Shown piece after piece: positions 11,337-20,132 of a DNA stretch of 64,000 bases (the stretch's first letter is position 1; each line of letters opens with the position of its first letter). Origin of the DNA: a virus. Lineage: Duplodnaviria; Caudoviricetes. Below the pieces are notes generated by a model. It did no database searches. It was not told the DNA's origin and saw only the letters and a program-made list of their open reading frames with translations. The position numbers and the translations under genes were made by a program. The stretch spans positions 1 through 64,000 of IMG/VR virus record IMGVR_UViG_2747842453_000002, one strand, 5' to 3'.

Positions 11337-12006
11337 TAGAAATCGTTTTAAGAGTACTACAGGCTTAAATGATTTACTATTTAATTTACTTATTGGATTC
11401 GTATTTCTATTTGTTGTTGCGTTCTTACTAATAAATCCCCCAACCAAAAAATCTGATGCTCCAAAAAAAGCAGAATATCTAATTGTAATCGAATGGGATA
11501 AAGATGCCAACGATGATGTTGACCTATGGGTGAAGGATCCAACAGGTGTAGTAGTATCATTTACAAACAAAATGGGCGGACTACTAAATCTGGAAAAGGA
11601 TGACTTAGGTTGGCAAAATGATAAATGGATGCAGCCAAATGGAAATGAAGTGATTATCCCAATTAATCGTGAGGTGATCACAATAAGAGGAATAGTACCA
11701 GGGGAGTATCAAGTAGCGGCACATATATACAGTAAAAAAGTAATGTATTCAATTGATACATCAAATGGAAAATATATAAAAAATGAAATTAACGATAGTG
11801 GGTATGTTACTGCAACTTTAATAAGAATAAATCCATATGGTGAAGTATATAAAACACAAAAAATATACACACTGAAAGGCCAAGTTTTACCAATGTTTAA
11901 CTTTATATTAGATTCAAACGGCGATGTAACTTCACTAGATGAACGTAGTAATAGTATAGTTACACGTGGCGGCAGAACGTTAACAGGAACAGGAACAGAT
12001 GAATAA
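11326..12006 (+). CDS. ExbD/MotB-like single-TM partner with periplasmic beta domain
   Basis: N-terminal TM with an Asp (NDLLFNLLIGF), then W..DANDDVDLWVKDP. It overlaps the MotA-like gene. Confidence 0.55.
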   Translation: MMSNRNRFKSTTGLNDLLFNLLIGFVFLFVVAFLLINPPTKKSDAPKKAEYLIVIEWDKDANDDVDLWVKDPTGVVVSFTNKMGGLLNLEKDDLGWQNDKWMQPNGNEVIIPINREVITIRGIVPGEYQVAAHIYSKKVMYSIDTSNGKYIKNEINDSGYVTATLIRINPYGEVYKTQKIYTLKGQVLPMFNFILDSNGDVTSLDERSNSIVTRGGRTLTGTGTDE

Positions 12007-12691
12007 CTATATACCAGCATATAACATAGACTTACTTCCTGTACTAATAGCATTGGTATTGTTATCAACTATAATGCTATGGATTGCAATTAAAAATTAC
12101 AAGAACTTAGCGGCTATGATAGTTATTATTCCGTTAACTATCTTTAGTGGATGGACTGTATATACAACAGTAGATAAACTATTAGGATATCCAGTGGTAG
12201 AAAATTTTACAGACAAAGCAGTATATCTATTCCATACAGAGGGACTAGATGGCGATTGGATATATGTATGGATTTTCAAATCAACAGATACCCGTCCAAA
12301 AGCAATTATGGTACCAAATACAGAAAATAATAAAGATGCACTAGAAGAGGCAAAACAAAGATCACAAGGCGGTGGTGTACCACAATTAATACGTTCGAAA
12401 GAAAATGCCAAAGGGCAAACTAATGGTGGCGAATTAGAAAGATATGATTTTGAAATGAATAATATACAAAATTTGAAAGATAACGAACCGCAAGCCACTG
12501 AGCCACAATCTAATAATACACAACATATAAGAAATCCAACATATCCAACATCAACCCCACCAAATAACAGACCAGATGGCAGTTCATCATTCACTGGTTT
12601 CGAATATACTGGGCCAACAATACAACATGGATTCACATTTGAAAAATCACAAAAACCACAAATACGTAAAATAATACCTTCCGGCAAGTAA
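11999..12691 (+). CDS. Membrane protein, third gene of the MotA/ExbD-like operon
   Basis: Two N-terminal TMs and an LLGYP motif; overlaps the upstream stop. Confidence 0.6.
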   Translation: MNNYIPAYNIDLLPVLIALVLLSTIMLWIAIKNYKNLAAMIVIIPLTIFSGWTVYTTVDKLLGYPVVENFTDKAVYLFHTEGLDGDWIYVWIFKSTDTRPKAIMVPNTENNKDALEEAKQRSQGGGVPQLIRSKENAKGQTNGGELERYDFEMNNIQNLKDNEPQATEPQSNNTQHIRNPTYPTSTPPNNRPDGSSSFTGFEYTGPTIQHGFTFEKSQKPQIRKIIPSGK

Positions 12692-12707
12692 AAATTTGAT
12701 TTAGCAC

Positions 12708-12736
12708 TTGACATCTGGATAGTAATAATATATAAA
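12708..12736 (+). promoter_or_regulatory. sigma70-type promoter
   Basis: TTGACA-17-TATAAA. Confidence 0.7.
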
Positions 12737-12762
12737 AACTATATAACAACTAGGGGGAGACA

Positions 12763-12954
12763 ATGGCAATAAAAAATCATAATAGCGTCCATGACAGCGG
12801 AAAACTTAGTAGCATGGAATGGGCCGCTATAGGAACATTAATGTTTGAACTTGGTAACCTACGATGCAAACAACAACCTTCAAATGAAGAACAAGTTGTT
12901 ATTGATTGGATGGAAACCAGAATATCTGAACTAGAATTACGAAAAGGTCTTTAA
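12763..12954 (+). CDS. Hypothetical small protein
   Basis: GGGGGAG RBS with a promoter upstream. Confidence 0.6.
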   Translation: MAIKNHNSVHDSGKLSSMEWAAIGTLMFELGNLRCKQQPSNEEQVVIDWMETRISELELRKGL

Positions 12955-12959
12955 AATAT

Positions 12960-13217
12960 ATGACAAATAATATTGTTGACGCCAGAAGTTACTTTCTTGG
13001 TAAGGCTATGTTGGACACACTTGATGCAATGCTTCAAGCCCATAATCAGTTGAATTATCATGCATATTATCTTCTATTGGAGGAAGATGGAACAGATTAT
13101 ATAGAACTAAGAATAAAAGATATAAATACAAATATACACACACTTATTGATAAATCTCCAGTAGTGGTATTAAATGATAGGCATACAAATGGCGAATCAC
13201 TCTTCCAAATCGGTTAA
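12960..13217 (+). CDS. Hypothetical protein
   Basis: 85-aa ORF in operon position. Confidence 0.5.
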   Translation: MTNNIVDARSYFLGKAMLDTLDAMLQAHNQLNYHAYYLLLEEDGTDYIELRIKDINTNIHTLIDKSPVVVLNDRHTNGESLFQIG

Positions 13218-13326
13218 AGAACTTAACTTATTAATTTCAAAAATGAGGAAATGGAAAAAACCTACCCATGCACAACTTATAGAATATCTACATATATGCA
13301 GTGAATTGGAATATAAATCTAAATAA
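13189..13326 (+). CDS. Possible 45-aa hypothetical protein (MANHSSKSVKE...LEYKSK)
   Basis: The open frame overlaps the upstream stop and fills the gap to the next promoter. Confidence 0.35.
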   Translation: MANHSSKSVKELNLLISKMRKWKKPTHAQLIEYLHICSELEYKSK

Positions 13327-13375
13327 TTAATAAAAAAAACTTGACAAATCAATTTCAATCTGTTATGTTAAGTCT

Positions 13376-13488
13376 ATGGGTACAACCTGAACACAAGGCA
13401 GAACATCCGAAGGCACTTATAACAATCCTTTTAAAAATTAATAGACAACTATATACTGAAATTCCCGGCATTTATTGTCGGGTTTTTC
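13376..13488 (+). ncRNA. Candidate small RNA of about 110 nt
   Basis: It has its own promoter (TTGACA 13341-17-TATGTT with extended TG) and terminator (13464-13487), with no ORF of note between them. Confidence 0.45.
13464..13487 (+). terminator. Intrinsic terminator
   Basis: CCCGGCA-TTTAT-TGTCGGG-TTTTT. Confidence 0.75.
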
Positions 13489-13499
13489 TATTTTAGCAC

Positions 13500-13528
13500 T
13501 TGACAATCTAAACGAATCACTATATAAA
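13500..13528 (+). promoter_or_regulatory. sigma70 promoter with CGAATC (GANTC) box
   Basis: TTGACA-N7-CGAATC-N4-TATAAA. Confidence 0.8.
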
Positions 13529-13566
13529 GAGTGTATAAGTTAAAGAAAACAACGGAAGTCAAAGAA

Positions 13567-15696
13567 ATGCTTAGTCAACATATCGAAGAACTTAAAAAAT
13601 TTAAAGCGCCGAGCGTCTTAGACGGTGTTAATAAGATTTACTTTCTCGAAGTTAAAGGTTCGGCACATAAAGGTTATGTCAAGATAGGTGACACACATCG
13701 CCAGGTTGAAGAACGTAATTCAGAAAGTATTATTAACGTTGCTTTGCATCTTAAAAATCCAGTAACATGGATTGTTGCTGAAAAGTTTGATGGTAGTTCA
13801 TTCCGTGACAAGTCATTTCATAAATTTCTTGAAAAGAAAAAGTATGTGCGTAAATTAAATCACAAAGGTGGCAAAAGTGAGTGGTTTAAAATTACTCTTG
13901 AACAAGCATTGTATGAGTTTTCAGAGTTTACTAAAAAGCCTGTTTTTAAAACAGTTGAACTTCGTCCTGCTCAACATTATCTATTGGATAAACTACAAGA
14001 AGCAGTAGACGACGGCTCTAACTATATCAATGCTGGACTTTGTGTTCGTGTTGGCAAAACAATCATTTCCTTGTCGCTTGCTGCTAAAAACAATTGGATG
14101 CCAGTTTATATTGGAAAGAACTTGACTTCACAAACATCAGCAAAAAAAGATAATAAAGAATTTGGCATTGTATCTGAAATGGCAACAGTATCAATTCACG
14201 GCAATGACTATGAACTAGAAGATGGCGACAGTGCTATTGTTAGTCGTGTTATTGCTAAGATTGATGCACAGAATAACCAAGACAAGCCAATTATTTTTTA
14301 TGTAGATGAAGTAGATGATGCGTCACACACAAAGCGTTCACGTGATGTTATCACACCAGTTATCAATCACTACAAAAAGCAAGGAAAGTTTGCTCGTATT
14401 GTTACTATGAGTGGCACACGGATTTATCGTGGTGAGAAAATTTTGAATGACTTGACACAAGATGCTATCAAGTCACTTTCACTTGAATACTATGAAATGC
14501 AGTTGTTACAACCAGAGACAACTTGCAAACGTAACTTCCGTCATATCAGTTTTTACACAGAAAGCGGCAACCTTGTTAGCATTTCTGATGCAATGAAGAA
14601 CAAAGATCAAGGACACAAGAGTCTTGCTACTTGTATTGTAAACTTACTAGGAACAAACAAGTTTGAGTTTTCAGTGAAGCAAGAATTCCCTCATTGGTTT
14701 GTGAAGTTTGCTACTGTTGGCAAAGGCAATGCAAATTCATTTGTGAAGTATATGAATCGCAATCACAGTGTAATTGAAAACAAAGAATTCTACTTTGCTG
14801 TTATTAATGGTGACGTTACTAAAGCAGAAGATGCACAAGATTATTGTAAAGACATTATTGAACAGCAAGAAGGTAAAACTTGTGTGTTTGTGTCACAGGG
14901 TATGGCAACAACTAGTTTTAGTGTAGAGACAATTGGTAACAGTGCTGTGTTTACTGATAATGAAATTAATAGTGATGATGTTCAAGCATTACACCGTAGT
15001 GCTACTTGGACAGAAGACAAAGATGATTGTAACATGATTGTTGTTACTACAAACGATTCAAAAGAACTTGCGTTTGATGATGCCTTTGAAGATGAAATGA
15101 AGGCAGCAAGGACACGTGAAGAAAAATCATTGTTGCTGACTACATTGCTTGACAACAACAGCATGATCCACTTCCACGAAGCAACGGGGTTTGCACCAGT
15201 TGATGTAAGCAAGGTCAAGGCAGAACAAATCATTGACAAAAAACAACAGGCAATGACAAAAGAAGCAAGCATTGTGAGTGTATTGCTTGACTTGGATGAA
15301 GACGTTCAAGAAGGCATTTACGAAACAGTGACTGGAAAGAAGTCAACTAGTGTAAAATCAAAAGGTGCCAAAGGTGAAAAGTTTGATCCACTTGGACTCA
15401 GCGAAGATGATACTACAACCACTAGCACAAAGACAAAAGAACTTACACCAAACAAGAAGCAACAAATCCTTCGTGCGTTTGTTGATGCCGTAGTAATGGT
15501 TCCAGCAGTAGCACGTGAACAAGGCACAACGATTGAAGAATTTGAGTTTTGGGATGAACTTGGTGTAAACGAAGAATTGTTCTTTGATGTATACAATGCT
15601 AGTTTGCAGTTCAAAGACCGTATTGACAGCATCTATAGTCTTTGTGAAGAAGAAAACTATCTCGTAAATCGTTATATTGACAAACTTGCTGCATAA
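13567..15696 (+). CDS. T5orf172/GIY-YIG-like domain fused to an SF2 helicase (restriction-like subunit)
   Basis: YVKIGDT..VEER..SEWF N-terminal domain; RVGKT Walker A; DEVDD Walker B; MSGT motif III. Confidence 0.7.
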   Translation: MLSQHIEELKKFKAPSVLDGVNKIYFLEVKGSAHKGYVKIGDTHRQVEERNSESIINVALHLKNPVTWIVAEKFDGSSFRDKSFHKFLEKKKYVRKLNHKGGKSEWFKITLEQALYEFSEFTKKPVFKTVELRPAQHYLLDKLQEAVDDGSNYINAGLCVRVGKTIISLSLAAKNNWMPVYIGKNLTSQTSAKKDNKEFGIVSEMATVSIHGNDYELEDGDSAIVSRVIAKIDAQNNQDKPIIFYVDEVDDASHTKRSRDVITPVINHYKKQGKFARIVTMSGTRIYRGEKILNDLTQDAIKSLSLEYYEMQLLQPETTCKRNFRHISFYTESGNLVSISDAMKNKDQGHKSLATCIVNLLGTNKFEFSVKQEFPHWFVKFATVGKGNANSFVKYMNRNHSVIENKEFYFAVINGDVTKAEDAQDYCKDIIEQQEGKTCVFVSQGMATTSFSVETIGNSAVFTDNEINSDDVQALHRSATWTEDKDDCNMIVVTTNDSKELAFDDAFEDEMKAARTREEKSLLLTTLLDNNSMIHFHEATGFAPVDVSKVKAEQIIDKKQQAMTKEASIVSVLLDLDEDVQEGIYETVTGKKSTSVKSKGAKGEKFDPLGLSEDDTTTTSTKTKELTPNKKQQILRAFVDAVVMVPAVAREQGTTIEEFEFWDELGVNEELFFDVYNASLQFKDRIDSIYSLCEEENYLVNRYIDKLAA

Positions 15697-15701
15697 AAAG
15701 G

Positions 15702-15730
15702 TTGACAGATTAAGCGAATCACGTTATAGT
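15702..15730 (+). promoter_or_regulatory. sigma70 promoter with CGAATC (GANTC) box
   Basis: TTGACA-N7-CGAATC-N4-TATAGT. Confidence 0.8.
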
Positions 15731-15767
15731 ATATATGTAAGTTGGGGTTATCAGGAGATAAGTATCT

Positions 15768-16832
15768 ATGTCAACACTACATATTTACAGCAATAGACAC
15801 ATTAAAGATCAGGTTAATGGCATTAAGAAAAGCGATTGTATATTTCTTGAAAACGGGATGTCTCGTAAGCGTTGGTCTTTATATTTTAAAAAAAATAATA
15901 TCAATGAAGAAAATCTTGATATCACTTACATTACACAAGAGGAGTATTTAAACTTGGCGACAGATAGTGGTAAATTCATGTTTGATGTAGGATTGGGCAA
16001 TCCTCCTTATAGTAGAAATAATAAAGGTAAAGGTGGTACAAGTGTATATCATGAACACTCAATTAAAGCGATGGAACTTTGTGAAACTGTTGGTTTCACT
16101 ACTCCTGGTGCGTTTGATGAAGGCACTAAGTTTGAAAAAATGCGTAGTATGATGAATGAACGTGGATTAATTAATATAGATTTTATTCCAGTTGATACAT
16201 ACGATGCTAATGTAGTTCGTCCATGCAAATGGCTAGTTGGTCCGAGTGGGGATAAAACAGTAGAAGAATTCTTTTCTACTCCAGAAAAAAAATTATTCAA
16301 TAAAATTACAGACAACACAGAATCGTTTGTTTGTAAATCTGGAAGAGGAGACGTATCAACAAGCGGTACCGAAAATATTTCACTTGAAAGGACAGATACC
16401 CATAGATATGTGTATATAGATAGAGTCAAAAAAGACGGTCAAGTACATGTTTATTGTAATGAAAAAATTAATATGAAAATAGAATCACCATTAATGGTAT
16501 TCGCTCAACGTGGTGGATTAGAACCCAAAATGTTTTATGAAGATATTGCAAACTCATATTCTCAAAATGTAATGGCTATACAAATTAAAAATAAAAATGA
16601 ATATGATAATCTTGAAATACTTCTAAAAACAAACGTGTATAAATTCTTATTACTACAGTTGTCTGGGGGTAAAACTACAACAAAGGCAGGATTCCCATCA
16701 GCATTTACTAAAGGAAAAATTAATAAATTGCCTAAATTGGATTTGTCTATAGTATGGACGGATGAAATGTTAAAAGGTGAATTTAATATTGACGAAAACG
16801 ATATGAGTTTTATTTTGGATCAGATTTCATGA
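15768..16832 (+). CDS. Eco57I-like N6-adenine methyltransferase, catalytic/TRD half
   Basis: FDVGLGNPPY motif IV; no evident motif I. Confidence 0.7.
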   Translation: MSTLHIYSNRHIKDQVNGIKKSDCIFLENGMSRKRWSLYFKKNNINEENLDITYITQEEYLNLATDSGKFMFDVGLGNPPYSRNNKGKGGTSVYHEHSIKAMELCETVGFTTPGAFDEGTKFEKMRSMMNERGLINIDFIPVDTYDANVVRPCKWLVGPSGDKTVEEFFSTPEKKLFNKITDNTESFVCKSGRGDVSTSGTENISLERTDTHRYVYIDRVKKDGQVHVYCNEKINMKIESPLMVFAQRGGLEPKMFYEDIANSYSQNVMAIQIKNKNEYDNLEILLKTNVYKFLLLQLSGGKTTTKAGFPSAFTKGKINKLPKLDLSIVWTDEMLKGEFNIDENDMSFILDQIS

Positions 16833-17305
16833 ATTTAGACCATTTTTACAAACATCTTTTTGACCGTGAGTATATGAGTGGAGTTGAACGTGAAAACAAC
16901 CGAGTTAAAGCAACAGGAGAGGTTTTCACGCCTACCCACATTGTAGAGCAAATGCTAGATGATATGGTCCAAGAATTATTTCATGATCCTACTAAAACTT
17001 TTATTGATCCATCTGGGTGCGGCGATGGTCAATTCTTGGCAAGTGTTCTTTATCGTAAACTACAAAATGGCATTGACTTTGAAACAGCATTGAGAACCAT
17101 ATATGGTGTAGACTTGATGCAAGACAACGTAAACTTGTGTAGAGAACGATTACTGTGCGGCAGAGAAGACTTGCGACACATCGTAGAAAAAAATATTGTG
17201 TGTGCAGACGGTCTTAGATACCATTATCGTTTTGATGACAGTCATCCATATGATGATGAAAAGAAACAATTAGATTTTGAAAATAGATGGAATAGTATGT
17301 TTTGA
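16829..17305 (+). CDS. N6-adenine methyltransferase, SAM-binding half
   Basis: GEVFTP (motif X), DPSGCGDGQFL (motif I) and IYGVDL are present, but no NPPY. ATGA overlap with the upstream gene. Confidence 0.7.
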   Translation: MNLDHFYKHLFDREYMSGVERENNRVKATGEVFTPTHIVEQMLDDMVQELFHDPTKTFIDPSGCGDGQFLASVLYRKLQNGIDFETALRTIYGVDLMQDNVNLCRERLLCGREDLRHIVEKNIVCADGLRYHYRFDDSHPYDDEKKQLDFENRWNSMF

Positions 17306-17381
17306 GCAGAGTGACACTAAAGAATTTGCCTAATTAATACATAACCTATAAGCATTTATAATCTGTTGTCTTTTTTTAAAG

Positions 17382-17404
17382 GATAAATAAAAGTAGAAGT
17401 TAAT
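17382..17404 (+). repeat. 23-bp direct repeat containing the late promoter (copy 1; copy 2 at 17730-17752)
   Basis: GATAAATAAAAGTAGAAGTTAAT is identical at both positions. Confidence 0.85.
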
Positions 17405-17414
17405 AAAAAAACTC

Positions 17415-17443
17415 TTGACAATCTACTCTTGATATGCTATATT
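17415..17443 (+). promoter_or_regulatory. sigma70 promoter of the tRNA cluster
   Basis: TTGACA-17-TATATT with extended TG. Confidence 0.75.
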
Positions 17444-17535
17444 AAGATTATAAGTTAAGATGCGGGTGAGAGCGATAAATATCTCCGTGTGGGACCAACG
17501 GTTAGTTCCACAATTTATAAAAAATTTAGTTTTAT

Positions 17536-17611
17536 TCCCTGTTAGCTCAGTTGGTAGAGCAATTGACTGTTAATCAATTTGTCGCTGGTTCGAGCCCAGC
17601 ACAGGGAGCCA
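17536..17611 (+). tRNA. tRNA-Asn(GTT)
   Basis: Full cloverleaf, ATTGA-CTGTTAA-TCAAT anticodon arm, encoded CCA. Confidence 0.95.
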
Positions 17612-17620
17612 ATATAATAT

Positions 17621-17708
17621 GGAGAGGTGGCAGAGTGGTCGAATGCGGCGGTCTTGAAAACCGTTGAGGTGAGAGCCTCCCAGGGTTCGAATCCCTGTCT
17701 CTCCGCCA
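17621..17708 (+). tRNA. tRNA-Ser(TGA)
   Basis: GCGGT-CTTGAAA-ACCGT arm, long variable arm, CCA. Confidence 0.95.
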
Positions 17709-17752
17709 AATATTGCTCATATTTTGAGTGATAAATAAAAGTAGAAGTTAAT

Positions 17753-17828
17753 GCTCCTATAGCTCAGTTGGTAGAGCAACTGATTTGTAATCAGTAGGTC
17801 CGCGGTTCAAGTCCGTGTGGGAGCACCA
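17753..17828 (+). tRNA. tRNA-Thr(TGT)
   Basis: ACTGA-TTTGTAA-TCAGT arm, CCA. Confidence 0.95.
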
Positions 17829-17833
17829 TTAAT

Positions 17834-17918
17834 GCGCCTGTGGTGAAATTGGTAGACACGCTAGATTTAGGTTCTAGTGCTTTACGGCGTGGGGGTTCAA
17901 GTCCCTCCAGGCGCACCA
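17834..17918 (+). tRNA. tRNA-Leu(TAG)
   Basis: CTAGA-TTTAGGT-TCTAG arm, variable arm, CCA. Confidence 0.93.
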
Positions 17919-17928
17919 AATGTTTAAC

Positions 17929-18004
17929 GGGGAATTAGCTCATCTGGGAGAGCGCCTGCTTTGCAAGCAGGAGGTGATCGGTTCGAGCCCGATATTCTCC
18001 ACCA
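17929..18004 (+). tRNA. tRNA-Ala(TGC)
   Basis: GGGGAAT acceptor with G3:U70, CCTGC-TTTGCAA-GCAGG arm, CCA. Confidence 0.95.
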
Positions 18005-18008
18005 AATA

Positions 18009-18093
18009 TATCAATGCAGGTTTGCTAACAGTAACAGATATTACAGGCGTCATATCAATTCTGCGGTGAGGTTCGAGTCCTCAATTGATACCA
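18009..18093 (+). ncRNA. tRNA-like RNA with acceptor stem, T-arm and CCA but no canonical D or anticodon arm
   Basis: TATCAAT/ATTGATA stem, TGAGG-TTCGAGT-CCTCA T-arm, terminal CCA, and an internal GCAG/CTGC helix enclosing two hairpins. Confidence 0.7.
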
Positions 18094-18099
18094 AGATAA

Positions 18100-18174
18100 G
18101 CGGGCGTAGCTCAGTGGTAGAGCCTTTCGTTGCCAACGAAACTGTCGAGAGTTCGAATCTCTTCGCCCGCTCCA
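18100..18174 (+). tRNA. tRNA-Gly(GCC)
   Basis: TTTCG-TTGCCAA-CGAAA arm, CCA. Confidence 0.95.
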
Positions 18175-18196
18175 TGAAAGGTATAAATATATTCAT

Positions 18197-18766
18197 ATGA
18201 ATTTTGTAAAACTTGATAACTTGCCAGTATTAGATTTAGAATTAGAGATTAATACTCTAATTGAAAATAATATTGTTAAATTTAATTCCAATACAACACA
18301 GATTTGTCTCAATACTGTAAAAGGAAAGGAAACAGATTATCAATTTGGACGTGGAAGTTTATACTACGACTGGGAAAACACGTATACAAATCAAAATGAA
18401 GAAGTTATTGTTCCGAAAAAAGATATTATATATGCGGAAGAAGATTTTACAGTTTTGTGTACACAATTTGTTGATACAGCGTTTGAAATAGTGTATAATG
18501 CTTTAAGCGCAAGATATATATTGGGCAGAGTTAGAATAATGAAAAGCAAGCCTAAGACTTGTTTGAGTTGGCACAATGACTTTCATCCGCGTGTACATTT
18601 TCCGATACAAACACAAGAGGGCTGTTTTATGGTTATAGAAGATGCAATTATGCATTTAAAAAAAGATACTTGGTATTTTACAAATACGTTACTACCTCAT
18701 ACTGCATTCAATGCTAGTTTGAAAGAGAGAATACACTTGGTTGCCACGATTGTAGGAGAACGATAA
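18197..18766 (+). CDS. AspH-like 2OG-Fe(II) oxygenase
   Basis: RVRIMKSKPKTCLSWHND...PHTAFNASLKERIHLV (HxD...H...R). TATAAATA at 18182. Confidence 0.75.
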   Translation: MNFVKLDNLPVLDLELEINTLIENNIVKFNSNTTQICLNTVKGKETDYQFGRGSLYYDWENTYTNQNEEVIVPKKDIIYAEEDFTVLCTQFVDTAFEIVYNALSARYILGRVRIMKSKPKTCLSWHNDFHPRVHFPIQTQEGCFMVIEDAIMHLKKDTWYFTNTLLPHTAFNASLKERIHLVATIVGER

Positions 18767-19482
18767 TGTCTATTATTACTGATTTTGAAAAATCGAAACC
18801 TTTTGTATATGAGTTAGAATGGACTGATGGTTTAAAATTTATTTACGAGCAGACACAGCAAATTTTTGCACACTTACCGAACATTTATACACGCAAACCA
18901 GAAAGTCAATATTATATTGACAATTACAAAGAGCATTATAATTTATATGATCCCGATAAGCCTGTTATGCAGGTTGTTAGTATAAATGATTTAAAAAATC
19001 ATAAAGAATTGTCTGCATCATTAGAAAAATATGGATTTACACAGAGTTTAAAATTTTTCCAAGCAGATCCTACTCAGCCGTCTTTTAAACAAGTAGAACA
19101 TTTATTTTTTAGTCACAGGCATCATACGAAAACTAGTGTAGCAAGTTTGATATTTCCAATAGCGGGATGCGATGAACACACATTAACCAGTTGGCCAGAT
19201 TATGAAGATGTTGATGGATATATTCCTGATGATCCGTCTACTGATGTTTATTGGAGTGAATATTACTGGAAAACATATAAAAAAGATAGCGATAAATACT
19301 TGTTAAGTGACAATGACGCAGCATGTAGATATGCCTTAACTGATAAGCCGGCACTATGGAATGTAAAGCAATGGCACGAAGCACACAACAAAGGCAACAA
19401 GCATAGAGTAATTTGTAATATTAATTTTAAAAGTAATACACAGACTTGGCAAGAAAGTATAGACATAGTGAGAGAAATTTAA
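18766..19482 (+). CDS. Divergent cupin/2OG-Fe(II) oxygenase-like protein
   Basis: HRHH..ASLIFPI...PALWNVKQWHEAHNKGNKHRVICNINF. Confidence 0.5.
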   Translation: MSIITDFEKSKPFVYELEWTDGLKFIYEQTQQIFAHLPNIYTRKPESQYYIDNYKEHYNLYDPDKPVMQVVSINDLKNHKELSASLEKYGFTQSLKFFQADPTQPSFKQVEHLFFSHRHHTKTSVASLIFPIAGCDEHTLTSWPDYEDVDGYIPDDPSTDVYWSEYYWKTYKKDSDKYLLSDNDAACRYALTDKPALWNVKQWHEAHNKGNKHRVICNINFKSNTQTWQESIDIVREI

Positions 19483-20132
19483 TGGATTGGATTTATATAA
19501 TAATTATTGGTTACCTGTGGGGGACACTTATCTCTCATTGGGGCGCAAGTATATTACTCCATAGATATTATTGTCATAAACAATTTAAAGTACCAGTCTG
19601 GTTTGAAACTATCGGCCTTGCTATGTTAATGGTAGCATGTATTCGCACCCCTATTGGTTGGATTGCCAGTCACAGAATGCATCACACATACAGTGATGGA
19701 CCGCAAGACCCACATGCAGCACAGCACGTAGGTTATTGGAAAGTTTTATTTACAACATGGGATATTCCCAAAATACCAATGAAGTATGCCAGAGACTTGT
19801 ATAATAATCCAAGATTGGTATTTTGTCACACGCATTGGCTAAAGATATTAATAATAGTATGGATTGTAAGTTTATTAATAAGTTTTAAATTTTTTGTTGC
19901 ATTTGCACTTATACCATTTATACATGCTAAACTTGGATTTGGACTTTTAAACACAGTTGGACACAAGCACGACGGCGGCGCAAATGTTCCTTGGTTAAAT
20001 TTGCTTATAGGGGGTGAAGGCTATCACAAAGAACATCATAAAAATTTTAAAAAAATTCGTCTACACAAATATGACAGCAGCGGCTGGATAACACAACAAT
20101 TATTAAAAGCAGGTATTTTTAAACAAGCATGA
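19482..20132 (+). CDS. Membrane fatty-acid desaturase family (delta-9-like)
   Basis: His boxes HRYYCH, HRMHH and GEGYHKEHH, with TM segments. TAATG coupling to the upstream gene. Confidence 0.85.
   Translation: MDWIYIIIIGYLWGTLISHWGASILLHRYYCHKQFKVPVWFETIGLAMLMVACIRTPIGWIASHRMHHTYSDGPQDPHAAQHVGYWKVLFTTWDIPKIPMKYARDLYNNPRLVFCHTHWLKILIIVWIVSLLISFKFFVAFALIPFIHAKLGFGLLNTVGHKHDGGANVPWLNLLIGGEGYHKEHHKNFKKIRLHKYDSSGWITQQLLKAGIFKQA

Noticed and set aside
10878-12691. Zorya ZorAB assignment
   Set aside because: No long ZorA tail, no OmpA-like domain in the partner, and no zorC, zorD or zorE.
18009-18093. tmRNA or selenocysteine tRNA
   Set aside because: No G3:U70 alanine identity, no tag reading frame and no UCA anticodon arm.
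17961-18200. 79-aa ORF
   Set aside because: It overlaps tRNA-Ala, the tRNA-like RNA and tRNA-Gly.
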